Virus record (IMG/VR): IMGVR_UViG_3300016649_000564
Length of the DNA: 64,000 bases
Direction: 5' to 3' (one strand)
DNA from: an uncultured virus (IMG/VR IMGVR_UViG_3300016649_000564)
Lineage: Duplodnaviria > Heunggongvirae > Uroviricota > Caudoviricetes
This document shows positions 17,955 through 27,924 of the stretch, one piece after another. How positions within the stretch are numbered: position 1 is the stretch's first letter; the number at the start of each line of letters is the position of its first letter. The translations under genes were made by a program, and so were the position numbers. Under the pieces are notes generated by a model. It was given only the letters and a program-made list of their open reading frames with translations, was not told the DNA's origin and made no database searches.

Positions 17955-18102
17955 GTGCGCGCCCTATACGTCGGGAAGATCAACAGCGGCTCAATCCGTG
18001 AGCCACCACACCATCACGTTAAAGGGCATGGCTAGAATCTCGGCAGACGAGAAACCCGTCTCTTTTGCCAAGCGCTTGGCCAGCACCTTAAGCGTGCCCT
18101 CG

Positions 18103-18411
18103 TTACAAGTCGTCTTCCTCAACCAGGCGAAAATAGCCCGTCTGAAGGCGCATGTAATCCTTGTATTTGAGGGCCGTGAGTTCTGCCTCGGTAGCCGTGA
18201 GCAAGCTGCAAAACAGGTTCAGCTCCACTTTTTCATGATCACCATTGCCGGCGATCTTGGCGGCCATAACATCCTTTACGCTGGGCGCGCGCATCATCAG
18301 CTTGTCGGTCACAACCCCGTTAAGGTTTGCCTTGTGCTTGAGCGTGACGGTAACGCCGTCATCACTCAGGACCAGCCAGGACGGCAGCGGCGCAGTAAGA
18401 GAATCGGTCAT
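18103..18411 (-). CDS. Tail assembly chaperone (gpE-like); frameshifted product probably extends to 17991
   Basis: MRAPSVKD motif; position between tube and tape measure. Confidence 0.85.
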   Translation of the reverse strand: MTDSLTAPLPSWLVLSDDGVTVTLKHKANLNGVVTDKLMMRAPSVKDVMAAKIAGNGDHEKVELNLFCSLLTATEAELTALKYKDYMRLQTGYFRLVEEDDL

Positions 18412-18422
18412 GTCATCAATCC

Positions 18423-18926
18423 TTAAAGGCCCAGGGCCGAACGTTCAGCGGCCAGTTGATCAACACCGTTGATCACCTGCACCATGTTGGCAAAGTCGAT
18501 TTCGTACATCACACGACCGTCGATTTCGAGCTTGTAGTAGGTGATGGCCACGGCGTGCTTGATTTCGGCCTTGTCGCCAGGCTTCCAATCGCCCATATCT
18601 ACTTCTTTGAGCGAACCGCGCAGGGTCACAGTTACCGACTTGACGGTGCCTTTCTGGCCCGTGAACGAGCCACGGAAAACGAGGTTGCACGCGGTCTGAT
18701 CCGCCAGGCCGAAGAACTTCAGCGCCTCTTTACGCACGCCGTTGGTGGTGAATGCCGCTTCCAGCTTTTCCAAACCGGTGGGCAGGTCGACCGGGCCGCT
18801 CATGCCGCCGCCCCGGTATTCCTCGGTTTTGATCGACAGCTTGGGCAGCGTCATTGACGGCACGTCACCGGAAAAGCTCACGCCATCAACGAACATGACG
18901 CAGTTGGTCAACATTTCAGGAATCAT
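18423..18926 (-). CDS. Major tail tube protein (P2 FII-like)
   Basis: LPKL..KTEEYRGGGM, YYKLEIDG. Confidence 0.93.
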   Translation of the reverse strand: MIPEMLTNCVMFVDGVSFSGDVPSMTLPKLSIKTEEYRGGGMSGPVDLPTGLEKLEAAFTTNGVRKEALKFFGLADQTACNLVFRGSFTGQKGTVKSVTVTLRGSLKEVDMGDWKPGDKAEIKHAVAITYYKLEIDGRVMYEIDFANMVQVINGVDQLAAERSALGL

Positions 18927-18938
18927 TGCTCGGCCCCC

Positions 18939-20105
18939 TTAGGCTGCTTCAAGTACTTCGGTCAGCCACTCGTTGGTGACCTCGATCAGGAAATTCGGGT
19001 TTTCCGCCGGCGGCACGTCGGTGAAGCGAATGCGCCAGTAGACTTTGCCCTGCTCCAACTGGGCGGCCGTGTTCATTTCGGTGTCCGCGTACACCTCAAA
19101 GTTGATCACGGCGCCGGCGTTTTTCTGGTCGCGCATGAATGCCTGAAGCCCTTCGGTCACCTCAGACACATAGGTTTTCGTGATCGAGCGGTCTACCGCC
19201 CACTTGTGGCCCGCCTGGATCGCATCCATGAGGATGTCGCAGGTACGCACACGGGTGACAAACGACCACTTGGCATCAGCCGAACACGTGCGGTTACCCC
19301 ACAGGCGATAACCGCCGTCGCGAATGATCGTGGTGATATTTGCGTTATTGAGCAGGTTGGCCCGGCACGTGGCGTCGCCGTCCAAGTACTCCACCGGCCG
19401 GGTGGTACCGGTGATGCCAACAAACTCCTTGTTCGATGGCGAAGCCCAATAGCCGTACTCGGCATCGGTCCAGGCAAACAAACCCGCTACCCAGGCAGAC
19501 GCCGGGGCATTCACGGTCACGCTGTCGACAGTGCTCCAGAACTGCACACCCGGATCCACCAGATAGATGCGCTTACTGCCGAAGTTCAACGCGTAGGCCA
19601 TGGCGGCCTCGTCGGTGGTGTTCGGGCCATCAACAATGGCAATCGCGCGCAGCTTACCGGCCAGGGCGTCCATGGCGGTGGCCACCGCCTGCGTGGCCGA
19701 GTGCCCCGGGGCAATCAGCAACTTAGGCTGGGCGTTGTGTCGACTCTTGCCGTCCAGCAGCGCCTGAAGGCCCGTGCGCTGGCCATCCGCAAGAACGCCA
19801 CCAATGATGGCGGACGTTTGCAGCGCGGCGTCAGCAAGCTTAGGGACGCCAATGGCGACGATTACAGCCTTAGCCCGCACATAAATCGCCTGGCAAGCAC
19901 GGGTGATCGCCGAATCAGTGCCGAACGCGGCAATGGCTTCGCGCTCAGACGTGATCAGCTTCAGCTCGCCCGCCTTGGCGTTGCCGCCACCGAGCACGCT
20001 CGGCGTGAAGGTATCGCACAGACCGATGATCGAGGACGACGGGAGCGAGATGGTGCGCGCGCCGTTGTCGATCAGCGAGGTAGTGACGCCGTGAAAGAAA
20101 CTCAT
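18939..20105 (-). CDS. Tail sheath protein (P2 FI-like)
   Basis: Start at MSFFHG after GGAG; WASPSNK, RLWGNRT motifs. Confidence 0.93.
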   Translation of the reverse strand: MSFFHGVTTSLIDNGARTISLPSSSIIGLCDTFTPSVLGGGNAKAGELKLITSEREAIAAFGTDSAITRACQAIYVRAKAVIVAIGVPKLADAALQTSAIIGGVLADGQRTGLQALLDGKSRHNAQPKLLIAPGHSATQAVATAMDALAGKLRAIAIVDGPNTTDEAAMAYALNFGSKRIYLVDPGVQFWSTVDSVTVNAPASAWVAGLFAWTDAEYGYWASPSNKEFVGITGTTRPVEYLDGDATCRANLLNNANITTIIRDGGYRLWGNRTCSADAKWSFVTRVRTCDILMDAIQAGHKWAVDRSITKTYVSEVTEGLQAFMRDQKNAGAVINFEVYADTEMNTAAQLEQGKVYWRIRFTDVPPAENPNFLIEVTNEWLTEVLEAA

Positions 20106-20206
20106 AAGGCTCAATCTCCAGAAACGAAAAAGCCCCGCATAAGCGAGGCCGTAGGTTGTTCGTGTTACGCGTAACGGAAAAGAAAACGCCCCGTCAGTGC
20201 GGGGCG

Positions 20207-20731
20207 TTAATCGGTGCTGCCAACCAGCCAACCTGGGGGCGCTGGGCGATCAGAAGCGCCCGGGAATAACTCAGAATCAGGCCAGTCGCGCAGATCGAGG
20301 CGATAGCGCTGCAACTCCTGATACTGCTCGGCATTAAGCGTGGTAGGTCGATCAGCCTCCAGTTCGTCGCGATGCCGAGTAACCAGGCTATCCGTAACCT
20401 TTAACTGACGATCACGCCACGCGCGCTCTTGTTGTAGCGCATCTTCCGGCGTCACCTTGGGCGTGATCCAGGCCGGGCGACCCTGATCATCGCTGCCACG
20501 GCGCATACCAGCTGGGGGCGCAGTCTGGCCGAATTCCTGCCAATGCTCAGCCGTCACTTCGACGGCATCGTCAGGCCAGGTGCCCGCTGCGTCATAGGCG
20601 CGTCGCTCGGACAAAAAGAGAAAACCGCAATCACGGGCGCTGTAGTAAATCACCTCAGCTGCCGGGGGCTCCGGGGCCTCATAAAACACCTCAAGCGGCT
20701 CGGTCACTGGCGTTTCTGCTTGGCTATCCAT
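20207..20731 (-). CDS. Tail fibre assembly chaperone
   Basis: ERAWRD..L, YRLDLRDWP motifs; directly after the fibre gene. Confidence 0.82.
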   Translation of the reverse strand: MDSQAETPVTEPLEVFYEAPEPPAAEVIYYSARDCGFLFLSERRAYDAAGTWPDDAVEVTAEHWQEFGQTAPPAGMRRGSDDQGRPAWITPKVTPEDALQQERAWRDRQLKVTDSLVTRHRDELEADRPTTLNAEQYQELQRYRLDLRDWPDSELFPGASDRPAPPGWLVGSTD

Positions 20732-20733
20732 GT

Positions 20734-22695
20734 TCACTCTCCGATAGCTAAAATCAGCGGTTTGACAAGCGATTGAGTGCCCGTACCAAACCATTGCGGA
20801 AAAACTTTAACGCCGAGGCGGTCCCAAGTGACCATCTGAAACATCTGGTCAGACTGGGTGTTGTCAGTGGTTGACCGCGTAAAGACACCGGCAAAAAGGC
20901 ATCGGGTAGGGAATGGCACGGGGTGACTGATTGCCGGATAGGCGACAGTTTCAGCACTGGCAATTGGCCCCTCGTACCATTGAAGGTAAAGCGGCGTTCC
21001 GTCCTTAGTTGGAATCAGAACGCGGCCATTTGGCTGCATAGCAACGGTAGCCAGCACGTCAGTGATATTGCCTTCATGAAACAGCCTCTTATCACCCCAC
21101 ATCAAATCGCCCGCAGCAGACATTTTTAAATATCGAGCAACCCGATTTGACCAGTTAAAAAGAATGCCAGGCGCATAGAGAAGGCTCGACTGAGCAGCCG
21201 CGACCTCATTAACTTCCCTGATTTCGATTGCCCCGCCAGGTCCGTCTGCAGCGTCGGCCCCGCCGGCGGCCAAGTTCCCCGCCAATATCGGCCGCTGACG
21301 ACTGACCGATCCAATCCGCAGGGAAGTTGCGATATCTGCTTTCAGGTTAAGCGAGGCCGTGACAGTCGTTGCGTAAGTGTTTACTGCTGACCATACAAAA
21401 GCAGTGGTGGAAAGCTGCGTGGTATTAGTGCCAGCGGCGGCCGTAGGGGCTTTTGGAATGTCCGTGAAGGTCGGGCTGGACAGGTTAGCCTTGAGCGCAG
21501 GATTGAAGTTCCCTTCGTGCCAAATCTTCCAGGCACCCCAGATCAAGTCGCCGATGCTCGACATCTTCAGATAGCGCGCAAATAGGTTTTTCCAGTGGAA
21601 GTGAATGGCAGGGGCGTATTCCAAAGCCGTCTGATCAGCGCCAACTTCGTTAACCTCCCTGATCGAAACAGCGCCGCCCGCACCGTCAGCGTTGTTATCT
21701 TCTTTCGCCGCTACAGCGCCTGCCAGGATCGGTCTCTGACGACTGATCGAACCTACAACGAGTCCATCGGTGATGCCATGCCCAGCAAGCGTAGTGGGGT
21801 TGGTGCCAGCAATAACCCGGCCGTACTTATCGACCGTCACATTCGCATAAGAACCAGCACTAATACCGGTACGGCCCACAGCCATTTCAAAAAGCAGAGC
21901 AGTAGTGCCAAGGACTATCGGCGCATCCGTCACCAGCTGCCAAACGCTGTCACCGTTGACGGTGCCGGTCTCGACACTGACAAACAGCCCCGGCGTCACC
22001 TCGACGCTAGCGTCTGCGTCCTGGGTGCGCTTCCACACTCCCGCCGAAGAAACCACATACAGGCCGTTTTCCTTGGCCGCCGCCTGATTCTTCACCAGCA
22101 CGCGCGCATCCGCCGGCAACAGCACGCCGTCGATGGTCTGCACACCGCTCAAAGCGATATTGGCCGTGGTGGCCACCAACACCGAATGCTTGAAGTCCAT
22201 TTTTGCCATGACTTCAACAATCTGTGTGTCAACGTATTCACGGGTCGCCAGGACAATCGCCGGGTCAATCTTCAGTACTACGCTCGCGGTATTCGCGACG
22301 ATGAAATTCATCCGAATGATTTGGGTCTTGCCGGTCCCCTGGACAAGCAAAGGCTTGAAGCTCGGCGCACAGTTGGCCACCGCCACCATGTCGCCGTCGG
22401 CATCGTACAGACCGATTTCGCGGATCCACTTACCGCCAACGTCTGCCGGGATCACCTGCTCGGTGATGATGATGTTCGGATTTGCGGGATCGGTCCGCAC
22501 CTGATTGACCGGCGCACGGCGCCATTCGTTGATCAGGCGCGTTTGCGTGCGGTTGGGGATAGGGTCCGTTAGGTTTGCATCACCCACGCCCATTTGGGCA
22601 AAAGTCCAGGGCTGGCCCAGGGCGGTAGCGTTTGCCTGTTTCGCCTCACCCACAGCTGTGAGAATGGCAAAAAACTGACTGTTCTGATCAATCAT
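20734..22695 (-). CDS. Tail fibre protein (P2 gpH-like N-terminus)
   Basis: ILT.VGEAK.ANA, WIREIGL, IDP.IVLATR; internal duplicated module. Confidence 0.92.
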   Translation of the reverse strand: MIDQNSQFFAILTAVGEAKQANATALGQPWTFAQMGVGDANLTDPIPNRTQTRLINEWRRAPVNQVRTDPANPNIIITEQVIPADVGGKWIREIGLYDADGDMVAVANCAPSFKPLLVQGTGKTQIIRMNFIVANTASVVLKIDPAIVLATREYVDTQIVEVMAKMDFKHSVLVATTANIALSGVQTIDGVLLPADARVLVKNQAAAKENGLYVVSSAGVWKRTQDADASVEVTPGLFVSVETGTVNGDSVWQLVTDAPIVLGTTALLFEMAVGRTGISAGSYANVTVDKYGRVIAGTNPTTLAGHGITDGLVVGSISRQRPILAGAVAAKEDNNADGAGGAVSIREVNEVGADQTALEYAPAIHFHWKNLFARYLKMSSIGDLIWGAWKIWHEGNFNPALKANLSSPTFTDIPKAPTAAAGTNTTQLSTTAFVWSAVNTYATTVTASLNLKADIATSLRIGSVSRQRPILAGNLAAGGADAADGPGGAIEIREVNEVAAAQSSLLYAPGILFNWSNRVARYLKMSAAGDLMWGDKRLFHEGNITDVLATVAMQPNGRVLIPTKDGTPLYLQWYEGPIASAETVAYPAISHPVPFPTRCLFAGVFTRSTTDNTQSDQMFQMVTWDRLGVKVFPQWFGTGTQSLVKPLILAIGE

Positions 22696-23297
22696 GGATA
22701 CACGTCCAGGGTGTCAATTTCATCAATACACATGACCAGGCCATAGGTGCCGGTCACCTCGATATCGCGGGGGGTTGGTGGGTAAACGTCGATCACTTCA
22801 CCCTCGCTTACACAGGCGCCGATGCCGATGTAACCGGTGGTCTCCAGACTGATCGCCAGGCCGGTCATGTGTCGACTGACGGGCTTGGCGTCATCAATGA
22901 GCCGGGTCAGCTCTTCGTACATCTCTTCGGTAATGCCGGTATCCAGAACACCGACCTTCAGGGCGAACGTTCCCGGAACGCCCTCGGGCACTGTCTGCCA
23001 CCACTCCATGACCTCGATCAGGTAACCCAGTGGCTCGACCACGCGACGCAATGCGCCAATCGTGCCTTTGTGCTTATGGATGTAATACGAGGCCCGGATT
23101 GCGGCACGCTTGGTCGCCTCGCTCCACCGGTAATCCCAGCGGTCGACCGACCAGGCCCACGCCAAATGCAACAGCAAATGGGCCGGGCACGTATCGGCGT
23201 CGTAGAGCGTGCGCAGCGGAACAATGGTTTTTTCGTAGAGCGCTGCCTCCATGGCGCGCTCCAACTGCGTGCTATTGCTGGGCAGTAGGCTTTTCAT
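22692..23297 (-). CDS. Tail protein I
   Basis: LAWAWSVDRW, HKHKGT, AKPVSRH. Confidence 0.93.
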   Translation of the reverse strand: MKSLLPSNSTQLERAMEAALYEKTIVPLRTLYDADTCPAHLLLHLAWAWSVDRWDYRWSEATKRAAIRASYYIHKHKGTIGALRRVVEPLGYLIEVMEWWQTVPEGVPGTFALKVGVLDTGITEEMYEELTRLIDDAKPVSRHMTGLAISLETTGYIGIGACVSEGEVIDVYPPTPRDIEVTGTYGLVMCIDEIDTLDVYP

Positions 23298-24174
23298 CAG
23301 CCAACCTCACGCTGTAACCCGTGCAGTACGCGGCCTGGGCTTTAGTAGGAGCCAGGTCGACCCACCCGGGCAGCTCGACACGCGAAACGCCGGCAACATG
23401 CACCTGGGCGTCAACAGCAGACCGGGCCACCTCAACGCCGAGACGCTTACGGGGGTTGATCCATTTCGACAGGCGGCTCAATGCTTCGGCCAGGGCGGCG
23501 TCACCTTCTGGCCCGGCGCTGTTCATGTGCAGGATTGCGTCAATTCTGTAATTCAGAATTTCGGCGCACTGGACTGTCACCCGATCCCCCAGCGGCCGCA
23601 CGTCGTCGTCATTGAGGGCTTTAGCCACCGTGGCCAACAGCTCCCGCGTGGGCGTCCCATCCCCTTCGGTACTTAGCACCGTTACGGTAACGTGCGCCGG
23701 CGAGGGGCTTTCGGCCGTGGCATCCCGCACGAGGCCGGACGCGTTGCGCGCGTGCAGGATGTAGCTGTTACGCGGCCCCGCCGTAGTCAGCCCCTCATAG
23801 GCCAACTGGATACGCTCGCGGAACGAATCATTGTCTTCAAGGACTTCAGCCACTGGCGGAACAGCCAGCAGATCCTCGGGCTGAATCACCAGGCGCTGAA
23901 GGTTGACGTTTGCGCCCAACTGATCGAGGTCGCCATTGATCGCGTGAGCCAACAGCAAGGCCTTGCATGCATCGTTAACCCGGGCACGGTTGCCGACCTT
24001 GTTATAGGCCCCCACCTCCAGCACCTTGGTAACAGGATCGCTTTCAAGCGCTGCGTTCCAGTTGTCGCCCATATAGGCGCGGAATGCTGATAGCCCTTCG
24101 TCGTAGACTTCTTCAAAGTCCAGCGGCTCAAGCACCTCCGGTGCCGGCAACGCCGACAAATCCACGATGCTCAT
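23272..24174 (-). CDS. Baseplate J protein
   Basis: DLS.LPAP, TAGP..SY, VRPLGDRV. Confidence 0.93.
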   Translation of the reverse strand: MSIVDLSALPAPEVLEPLDFEEVYDEGLSAFRAYMGDNWNAALESDPVTKVLEVGAYNKVGNRARVNDACKALLLAHAINGDLDQLGANVNLQRLVIQPEDLLAVPPVAEVLEDNDSFRERIQLAYEGLTTAGPRNSYILHARNASGLVRDATAESPSPAHVTVTVLSTEGDGTPTRELLATVAKALNDDDVRPLGDRVTVQCAEILNYRIDAILHMNSAGPEGDAALAEALSRLSKWINPRKRLGVEVARSAVDAQVHVAGVSRVELPGWVDLAPTKAQAAYCTGYSVRLADEKPTAQQ

Positions 24175-24497
24175 ACGCTTACCTCTAAGACAAAGCTGTC
24201 GCCCAAGTATTCGCCGGCAACGCGCATGTTTATTTTTCCATCCAGCAGCGACAGCGCCGTCACTCGCTCAAGTTTCAAGCGCGGCTCTTGAAGGCCGAGG
24301 GCCCTGGCCGCTTCAGCCTGGACGGCGCTTTTCCAGCCAGCGTTGATCGGCAAGTCAACGAACAGGCGTAGCTTGCTGCCGTACTCCGGCCGATGCCGTC
24401 GACTGCCCAAGGGCGTACTCAGAATGTCAGCTATGGACTGCCGCAAATGCTCGATGCCGGATATGGGCTGCCCGGTGTGGCGATCCATTCCGATCAT
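24171..24497 (-). CDS. Baseplate wedge gpW/gp25 family
   Basis: HLRQSI.DILSTP.GSR..RPEYGS, EPR. Confidence 0.93.
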   Translation of the reverse strand: MIGMDRHTGQPISGIEHLRQSIADILSTPLGSRRHRPEYGSKLRLFVDLPINAGWKSAVQAEAARALGLQEPRLKLERVTALSLLDGKINMRVAGEYLGDSFVLEVSV

Positions 24498-24502
24498 CAG
24501 GT

Positions 24503-24724
24503 TTAGCCCTCCTGGGCGGCGTATTCGCTATTAGCCATCAGGAAGGCCACAGCCTCTTTGTCGGACTCCGGCACCACCACCAGGCCCTTGGCCACCGGGT
24601 AAGTACGATCGGTATCAGGCACAACCAGCGTGCGGGACGTGTAGACCAGATCGCGGAACGTCAGCGACGCTTGCGCGGCCGGGGATTTTTCTTCGGTTGC
24701 GGGCTTCTCGATGGGCTTGGCCAT
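24503..24724 (-). CDS. Small phage hypothetical protein
   Basis: GGAG RBS; homolog at 61004-61225. Confidence 0.75.
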   Translation of the reverse strand: MAKPIEKPATEEKSPAAQASLTFRDLVYTSRTLVVPDTDRTYPVAKGLVVVPESDKEAVAFLMANSEYAAQEG

Positions 24725-24777
24725 GATTTCTCCGGGCATGAAAAAACCCGCACTCGGCGGGCTGTAGGTAAATTGGG

Positions 24778-25383
24778 TTAGTGCTTGTGGTGGTTATCGC
24801 TATTACCAGCCGCCAGAATATCGGCGTCGCCGGTGATGCTTTGCGTTACGTGTAACGGGCCGTCGATTTCTACCGCGCCGATCAACGCTATCTGCGGCGA
24901 CTTGATCGCGGCCCAACCGGGCGCCAGATCGAACTCGGTACCGCCCACCGTGGCATTCACCGCGTTATCCGTAACGGTAACCACTGTGCTGCCCACTTTG
25001 ATGGTGACCGTACCCGTGGGCAGCGAGATGGTGTAGGTCTTGGCCTCCCAGTCGTAAACCAGGGAGCCGCCATCGTCAAAACGCCAGACTTCTACATGAT
25101 CGCGGTTATCCGGCGGGCCGCCGGCATTGCCGTACAGCCCAGGGATAAACGTGCCCATGCCCGCTTGGCCGCTGGGGTTGAACAACACCCCCTGCTCGCC
25201 CAGGCTTGGCGCGCGCCAGTGCCGCGCCTTGCCGGCAGCCAGGCTGTGCCAGCGCACCCAGGCGCTCGTCCATTCGCCATTACTGACACGCACCGCCGGT
25301 GCCGTCAGATCAACGCCGACCACCACGCAGGGCATCAGCATGGCGGCAATCATGCGGTCATGTTCCGCACTGGCGTAACTCAT
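24778..25383 (-). CDS. Baseplate assembly/spike protein V
   Basis: W.APSLGEQ, F.DG...YD, C-terminal HKH. Confidence 0.92.
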   Translation of the reverse strand: MSYASAEHDRMIAAMLMPCVVVGVDLTAPAVRVSNGEWTSAWVRWHSLAAGKARHWRAPSLGEQGVLFNPSGQAGMGTFIPGLYGNAGGPPDNRDHVEVWRFDDGGSLVYDWEAKTYTISLPTGTVTIKVGSTVVTVTDNAVNATVGGTEFDLAPGWAAIKSPQIALIGAVEIDGPLHVTQSITGDADILAAGNSDNHHKH

Positions 25384-25898
25384 CGAATGTCCTCGGGGCT
25401 CACCGGCCCGTCGCCCGGCTCAATGTTGATCACCAGCGAACCCGGAGGCTCATCCGGCCACGGCCACTCCTCAGCGCCCAGGAAAACAGTCTGATCCCAC
25501 TCAACCAGCCAGACGAAGTAGCCATCCAGTTCGGGCTTGGTCCAGTCCTGGGTTGAGCGCACGAACTGCGCGCAGGCGACCTCCAAGCCCCAGCTCTGCG
25601 CCCGCAGAAGCACTGCCAGTTGTGAGGCCAGTTGCACAGCCTGACGTTGCGGATCCACGCTGATCGAATCGACAATGATCCGCGCCTCAAACTTGCAGGT
25701 CAGCGCGGTTTCACCGGTACCAATATCCGTCGCCGGCTCCATCTCGGCCATTTCCAGCAGCACCACCGGCGTGGGAATGCTAGTGTCCGCCGACAGATCC
25801 GGCCAGAACGACGCGCCCCGAATACCCGGCAATTGCTCCTGCAGGTGCTGCTCGATGGCGTCATACAGACGGTCGAGGCTGAAAGGCTGATCAAACAC
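25380..25898 (-). CDS. Putative tail completion/terminator protein
   Basis: GTG start overlapping the upstream stop; synteny; similar to 61833-62345. Confidence 0.6.
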   Translation of the reverse strand: MFDQPFSLDRLYDAIEQHLQEQLPGIRGASFWPDLSADTSIPTPVVLLEMAEMEPATDIGTGETALTCKFEARIIVDSISVDPQRQAVQLASQLAVLLRAQSWGLEVACAQFVRSTQDWTKPELDGYFVWLVEWDQTVFLGAEEWPWPDEPPGSLVINIEPGDGPVSPEDIR

Positions 25899-26547
25899 GG
25901 GCGGTCCCCTTGAGGTACTTCTGCAATTCAAAGTTGAGTTCTTGCTTGAGGATCTCCAGCAAGATTTCATCTGCACGCTTCACCCAGCTGTCGAAGTGCG
26001 GTCGCACCTGGTTCAGCGAGACCTTGGCTTTTGCCAAGGGGAAGCGGTTGTCGCTTTCCGCAGTGAAGCCAGAGCTGCGCCGCCCCTGCGTGCTGTCGGG
26101 GTAATCCGTGGCATTGAAGTGCTTGCTCGAGGTGCGGATCCAAATATCAGGACTGCTGCCATACACCTGCTTGAAGAACGCGCCCTGATAGCGCCGCCCT
26201 GCCACCGAGACACCGGAGCGGGATTGCCTAGGCCGTCCGATGCGGCTGGCCTCAATGGCGTTGACCCCAAACCACAACTTACCGCGCATCGCCCCACCGC
26301 TGACCGGATAAGCCCGCAAGCGTTGCCGGACGGCGCCGATGGCGATCCGCTCCTGCTTGCCTACCGCCCGTGCGATGTGGGTACGCAGCCGGCCCAACGT
26401 CTTATTGATCGCTCGACGCTGAGCCGCTGCCGCCGCCTTCGGCACCCGTTGGCCGAACTCGCGCAAGGCCTGGGAATCCACTGCAGACGGCAGGACGTTG
26501 ATCATCCCGCTATCTCGGTTTTGCTGCACATAGCTGCCGACACTCAT
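25891..26547 (-). CDS. Minor tail protein (lambda gpZ-like)
   Basis: Basic, RAINKT motif, position after head-tail joining gene. Confidence 0.7.
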   Translation of the reverse strand: MSVGSYVQQNRDSGMINVLPSAVDSQALREFGQRVPKAAAAAQRRAINKTLGRLRTHIARAVGKQERIAIGAVRQRLRAYPVSGGAMRGKLWFGVNAIEASRIGRPRQSRSGVSVAGRRYQGAFFKQVYGSSPDIWIRTSSKHFNATDYPDSTQGRRSSGFTAESDNRFPLAKAKVSLNQVRPHFDSWVKRADEILLEILKQELNFELQKYLKGTARV

Positions 26548-26864
26548 GGACGCTTCCTCAAAATCAGGGCCACCAGGCCATTACCGTTGGGCTCCAACTG
26601 CAGCAGGTCGTATTCGCCACCACCGTCCAAAACCGGTACGTCGACCGTGACCCGCAGTCCTTTGCTGAGGCCTTCCGAATCCTTCACGCGGATCTCAAAG
26701 CGAGGCTCGCGTATGGCGGAGTGGACCTTGCCAAACGCTGGTTGCTTCCACGGTGCCGAGAACATGCCTAACACTGGTTCGGCGCGGCCTTCGATCTGGG
26801 CACTGTCGCCCAAGGTTTCGAAGACCACATCGTCGAGGTCGTCGATCAGATCGCGGAAGGCCAC
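26544..26864 (-). CDS. Head-tail joining protein
   Basis: GTG start; synteny after capsid. Confidence 0.65.
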   Translation of the reverse strand: MAFRDLIDDLDDVVFETLGDSAQIEGRAEPVLGMFSAPWKQPAFGKVHSAIREPRFEIRVKDSEGLSKGLRVTVDVPVLDGGGEYDLLQLEPNGNGLVALILRKRP

Positions 26865-26866
26865 GG

Positions 26867-27862
26867 TCACATCTCCAGCAGGATCTGCGCCCGAGGCCGT
26901 GTGCACAGGTGCAGAGGGTTGGACTGCGCTTCACCTGCTACGCCCTTGCCGAATTGCATTGGCTCGATCTTGCTGTAGTACGGGATGCCCTGGGTGTTTA
27001 CCGTTTCCATATAGTCGGCCGGGGCGAAGGACGAGATGTACAGGTCCGGCACGCCTTCAGGGATCAGCAGGGCCTTGTCGTCGTGAACGAACGAAATACC
27101 GGCGATCTTGCCGCGATAGCGCTCCCAGACGATCCCGCCGAACTCGAAGCTTTCACGGGCATCGCCGCGAAGAGACGCGGCCTGCATGGTGTTCAGGTAG
27201 GTCTCCTTGACCGTCTTATGAACGATGAGCTTGTTCCAGAAGTTCTTGCCACACATTGCGCGGGAACCGCTGCTAGTGACACTGCCGAGGGCTTCCTCTT
27301 GCATATCCAACGCTTCGCCGCATTTAACCCGCAACTCGGTGTCTGGACTGTTCAACCCCATCTGGAGCTTCTGGCGATTCACGCCGAAGGATTTATAAAT
27401 ATCCAACAGGACTGTCTTGCCATCGGCGTCCAGCACCTGCCCGTTCAATGCACCCATGCGCTGGAATTCATGCGTGGCATCCAACTGACGGCGGGCCTTA
27501 GCCAGACGTTTGTTGACCACGTCCTGCACTGCCTGCAATTCGCTGCGCGTACCGAAGGCGCGGATGCCCTGGATCTCGTCGGCCTTGATGGTGAAGCGTT
27601 CGGGCAGGTGCACGGTGTTGAACGGAATCATCTGACGCTTGGTCGCGCCGAGCACCAGGCCCGAGGTGCCACGCTCACCCGCTGGCACCAGTGCCAGGGT
27701 GTCGCCGTCCTTCTCGATCTGCACCGTCAGGGTGCTGATGCCCTCTTCACGAAACAGGCCCAGGCTACTGATGCGGCCCGGCAGGTATTCCTGTTCATTG
27801 ATAGCAGCGGTCAACGAGGAGACGCTGAACGCATCGTCTTCAAAAATGGCGATATCGGCCAT
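26867..27862 (-). CDS. Major capsid protein (lambda E family)
   Basis: THEFQRMGAL.G, QSNPL..CTRP; follows decoration protein. Confidence 0.9.
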   Translation of the reverse strand: MADIAIFEDDAFSVSSLTAAINEQEYLPGRISSLGLFREEGISTLTVQIEKDGDTLALVPAGERGTSGLVLGATKRQMIPFNTVHLPERFTIKADEIQGIRAFGTRSELQAVQDVVNKRLAKARRQLDATHEFQRMGALNGQVLDADGKTVLLDIYKSFGVNRQKLQMGLNSPDTELRVKCGEALDMQEEALGSVTSSGSRAMCGKNFWNKLIVHKTVKETYLNTMQAASLRGDARESFEFGGIVWERYRGKIAGISFVHDDKALLIPEGVPDLYISSFAPADYMETVNTQGIPYYSKIEPMQFGKGVAGEAQSNPLHLCTRPRAQILLEM

Positions 27863-27924
27863 GGGGTACTCTCCAGAAACGAAAAATCCCGCACTCGGCG
27901 GGATGGATAAACAGGGTGAGCGTC

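Noticed and set aside
20734..22695. Diversity-generating retroelement or invertible tail-fibre switch
   Set aside because: No reverse transcriptase or invertase; fibre repeats are diverged protein modules, not adenine-specific TR/VR pairs
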